The notes below the pieces were generated by a model. That model searched no databases. It was not told the DNA's origin and was given only the letters and a program-made list of their open reading frames with translations. Made by a program: the position numbers and the translations under genes. DNA of 63,786 nt, counting the filler, from Nemertoderma westbladi (Eukaryota > Animalia > Xenacoelomorpha), in the NCBI GenBank assembly GCA_032718475.1. It is 4 parts of 4 records of this genome, joined end to end, with 100 filler letters (N's around TTAATTAATTAA, not from the genome) between each part and the next. Parts side by side here need not be neighbours in the genome. Positions count along the whole stretch, not along the records: positions 60,417 to 63,786 come from JAUCBJ010002393.1; 3 more parts are not named here. One strand, 5' to 3'. Within the stretch, counting starts at the first letter, position 1. Each line of letters opens with the position of its first letter. Below are positions 63,151 through 63,786 of this stretch, one piece after another.

Positions 63151-63786
63151 TCAATTCTACCTCATTACCCACCACAAAATGGGATGGTGGCATTTTCAGC
63201 AATATGTTGGAGATACGAGATTAGCAATATCAATCTCGTATCACAACCAACATTTGGGGGGGGGGGGCAACACAAGCCCTGAAGCCACACACAAAGGAAG
63301 GTTAGAGGTCAAACTACCTCGGAGGGGACACAGCTAGCAGAGGCTAGCAACAAAGGGGAAACACTCCCAGAGTGTGAAAGGGTGAGAAGTAGGTTATTAG
63401 CCAATAAAGGCAAAGGAGAGCATCCACTAGGTAACAGGCCAAGGTAGCGTAGGAGTGAAGTAATATTGGTATATCAATCATATATTATCTCCTGCTACCG
63501 GTTTGTGATTCAGTTTAGTTAGTTACCCAGTTTCAGTGCAGACGGGTAATATTGTTTTACCGTCACCGTCAACAACATTGGCTGTATTCAGTTTACTATT
63601 ACCGGTACCAAGTAATATTGTCATCCGCTATCATATTAACATCTATTAACTGTGCTATCACTATTATATTAGACCGCCGAGCAACAACATTAACTCTGAA
63701 CGCTTTTCTCCAACGGCCTCGGCTAAGCAATAGGGTAAAACAATAGGCAACAACCACTAAACTGTGAGTGCTAAGAGAAAGTAGAG

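Noticed and set aside
62576-63337. 253-aa ORF as a novel gag-endonuclease fusion gene
   Set aside because: Chance read-through across an out-of-frame gag remnant, an RTE APE fragment and unrelated flank.

Overview
AT-rich animal (invertebrate-like) nuclear DNA made almost entirely of nested transposable elements. Three artificial 100-nt N/TTAATTAATTAA spacers split it into four segments. The only convincing intact host genes are an unusual intronless mitochondrial ribosomal protein S16 ORF (54306-55154, minus) and a tRNA-Leu(CAG); there is also a fibrinogen-domain pseudogene. The most notable feature is a Penelope-like element (PLE; RT plus GIY-YIG) at about 41543-50263. Removing a 4-kb TIR element (ATAA TSD) from it rejoins an ORF of about 1,330 codons, with one further 4-bp frameshift. 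That ORF carries a ~310-aa in-frame Thr/Pro-rich 7-aa repeat inside the RT core, between motif B' and the catalytic FVDD, plus a second 7-aa repeat domain at the N-terminus. Its 3' end holds a minimal hammerhead ribozyme with an atypical CUGAUGCA core, also present in a second copy at 314-353. A second PLE has a U3-A8 variant hammerhead and a snap-back, template-switch 5' junction. Also present: a TTAA-targeting Kolobok-type transposon, RTE and L2/Crack LINEs, a tRNA-SINE whose tail covaries with the L2 3' stem-loop, P, Sola and tyrosine-recombinase remnants, an LTR/gag fragment, minisatellite-filled MITEs, a perfect 225-bp palindrome and a decayed gene of unrecognised family. Family names come from motif recognition only; no database searches were run.
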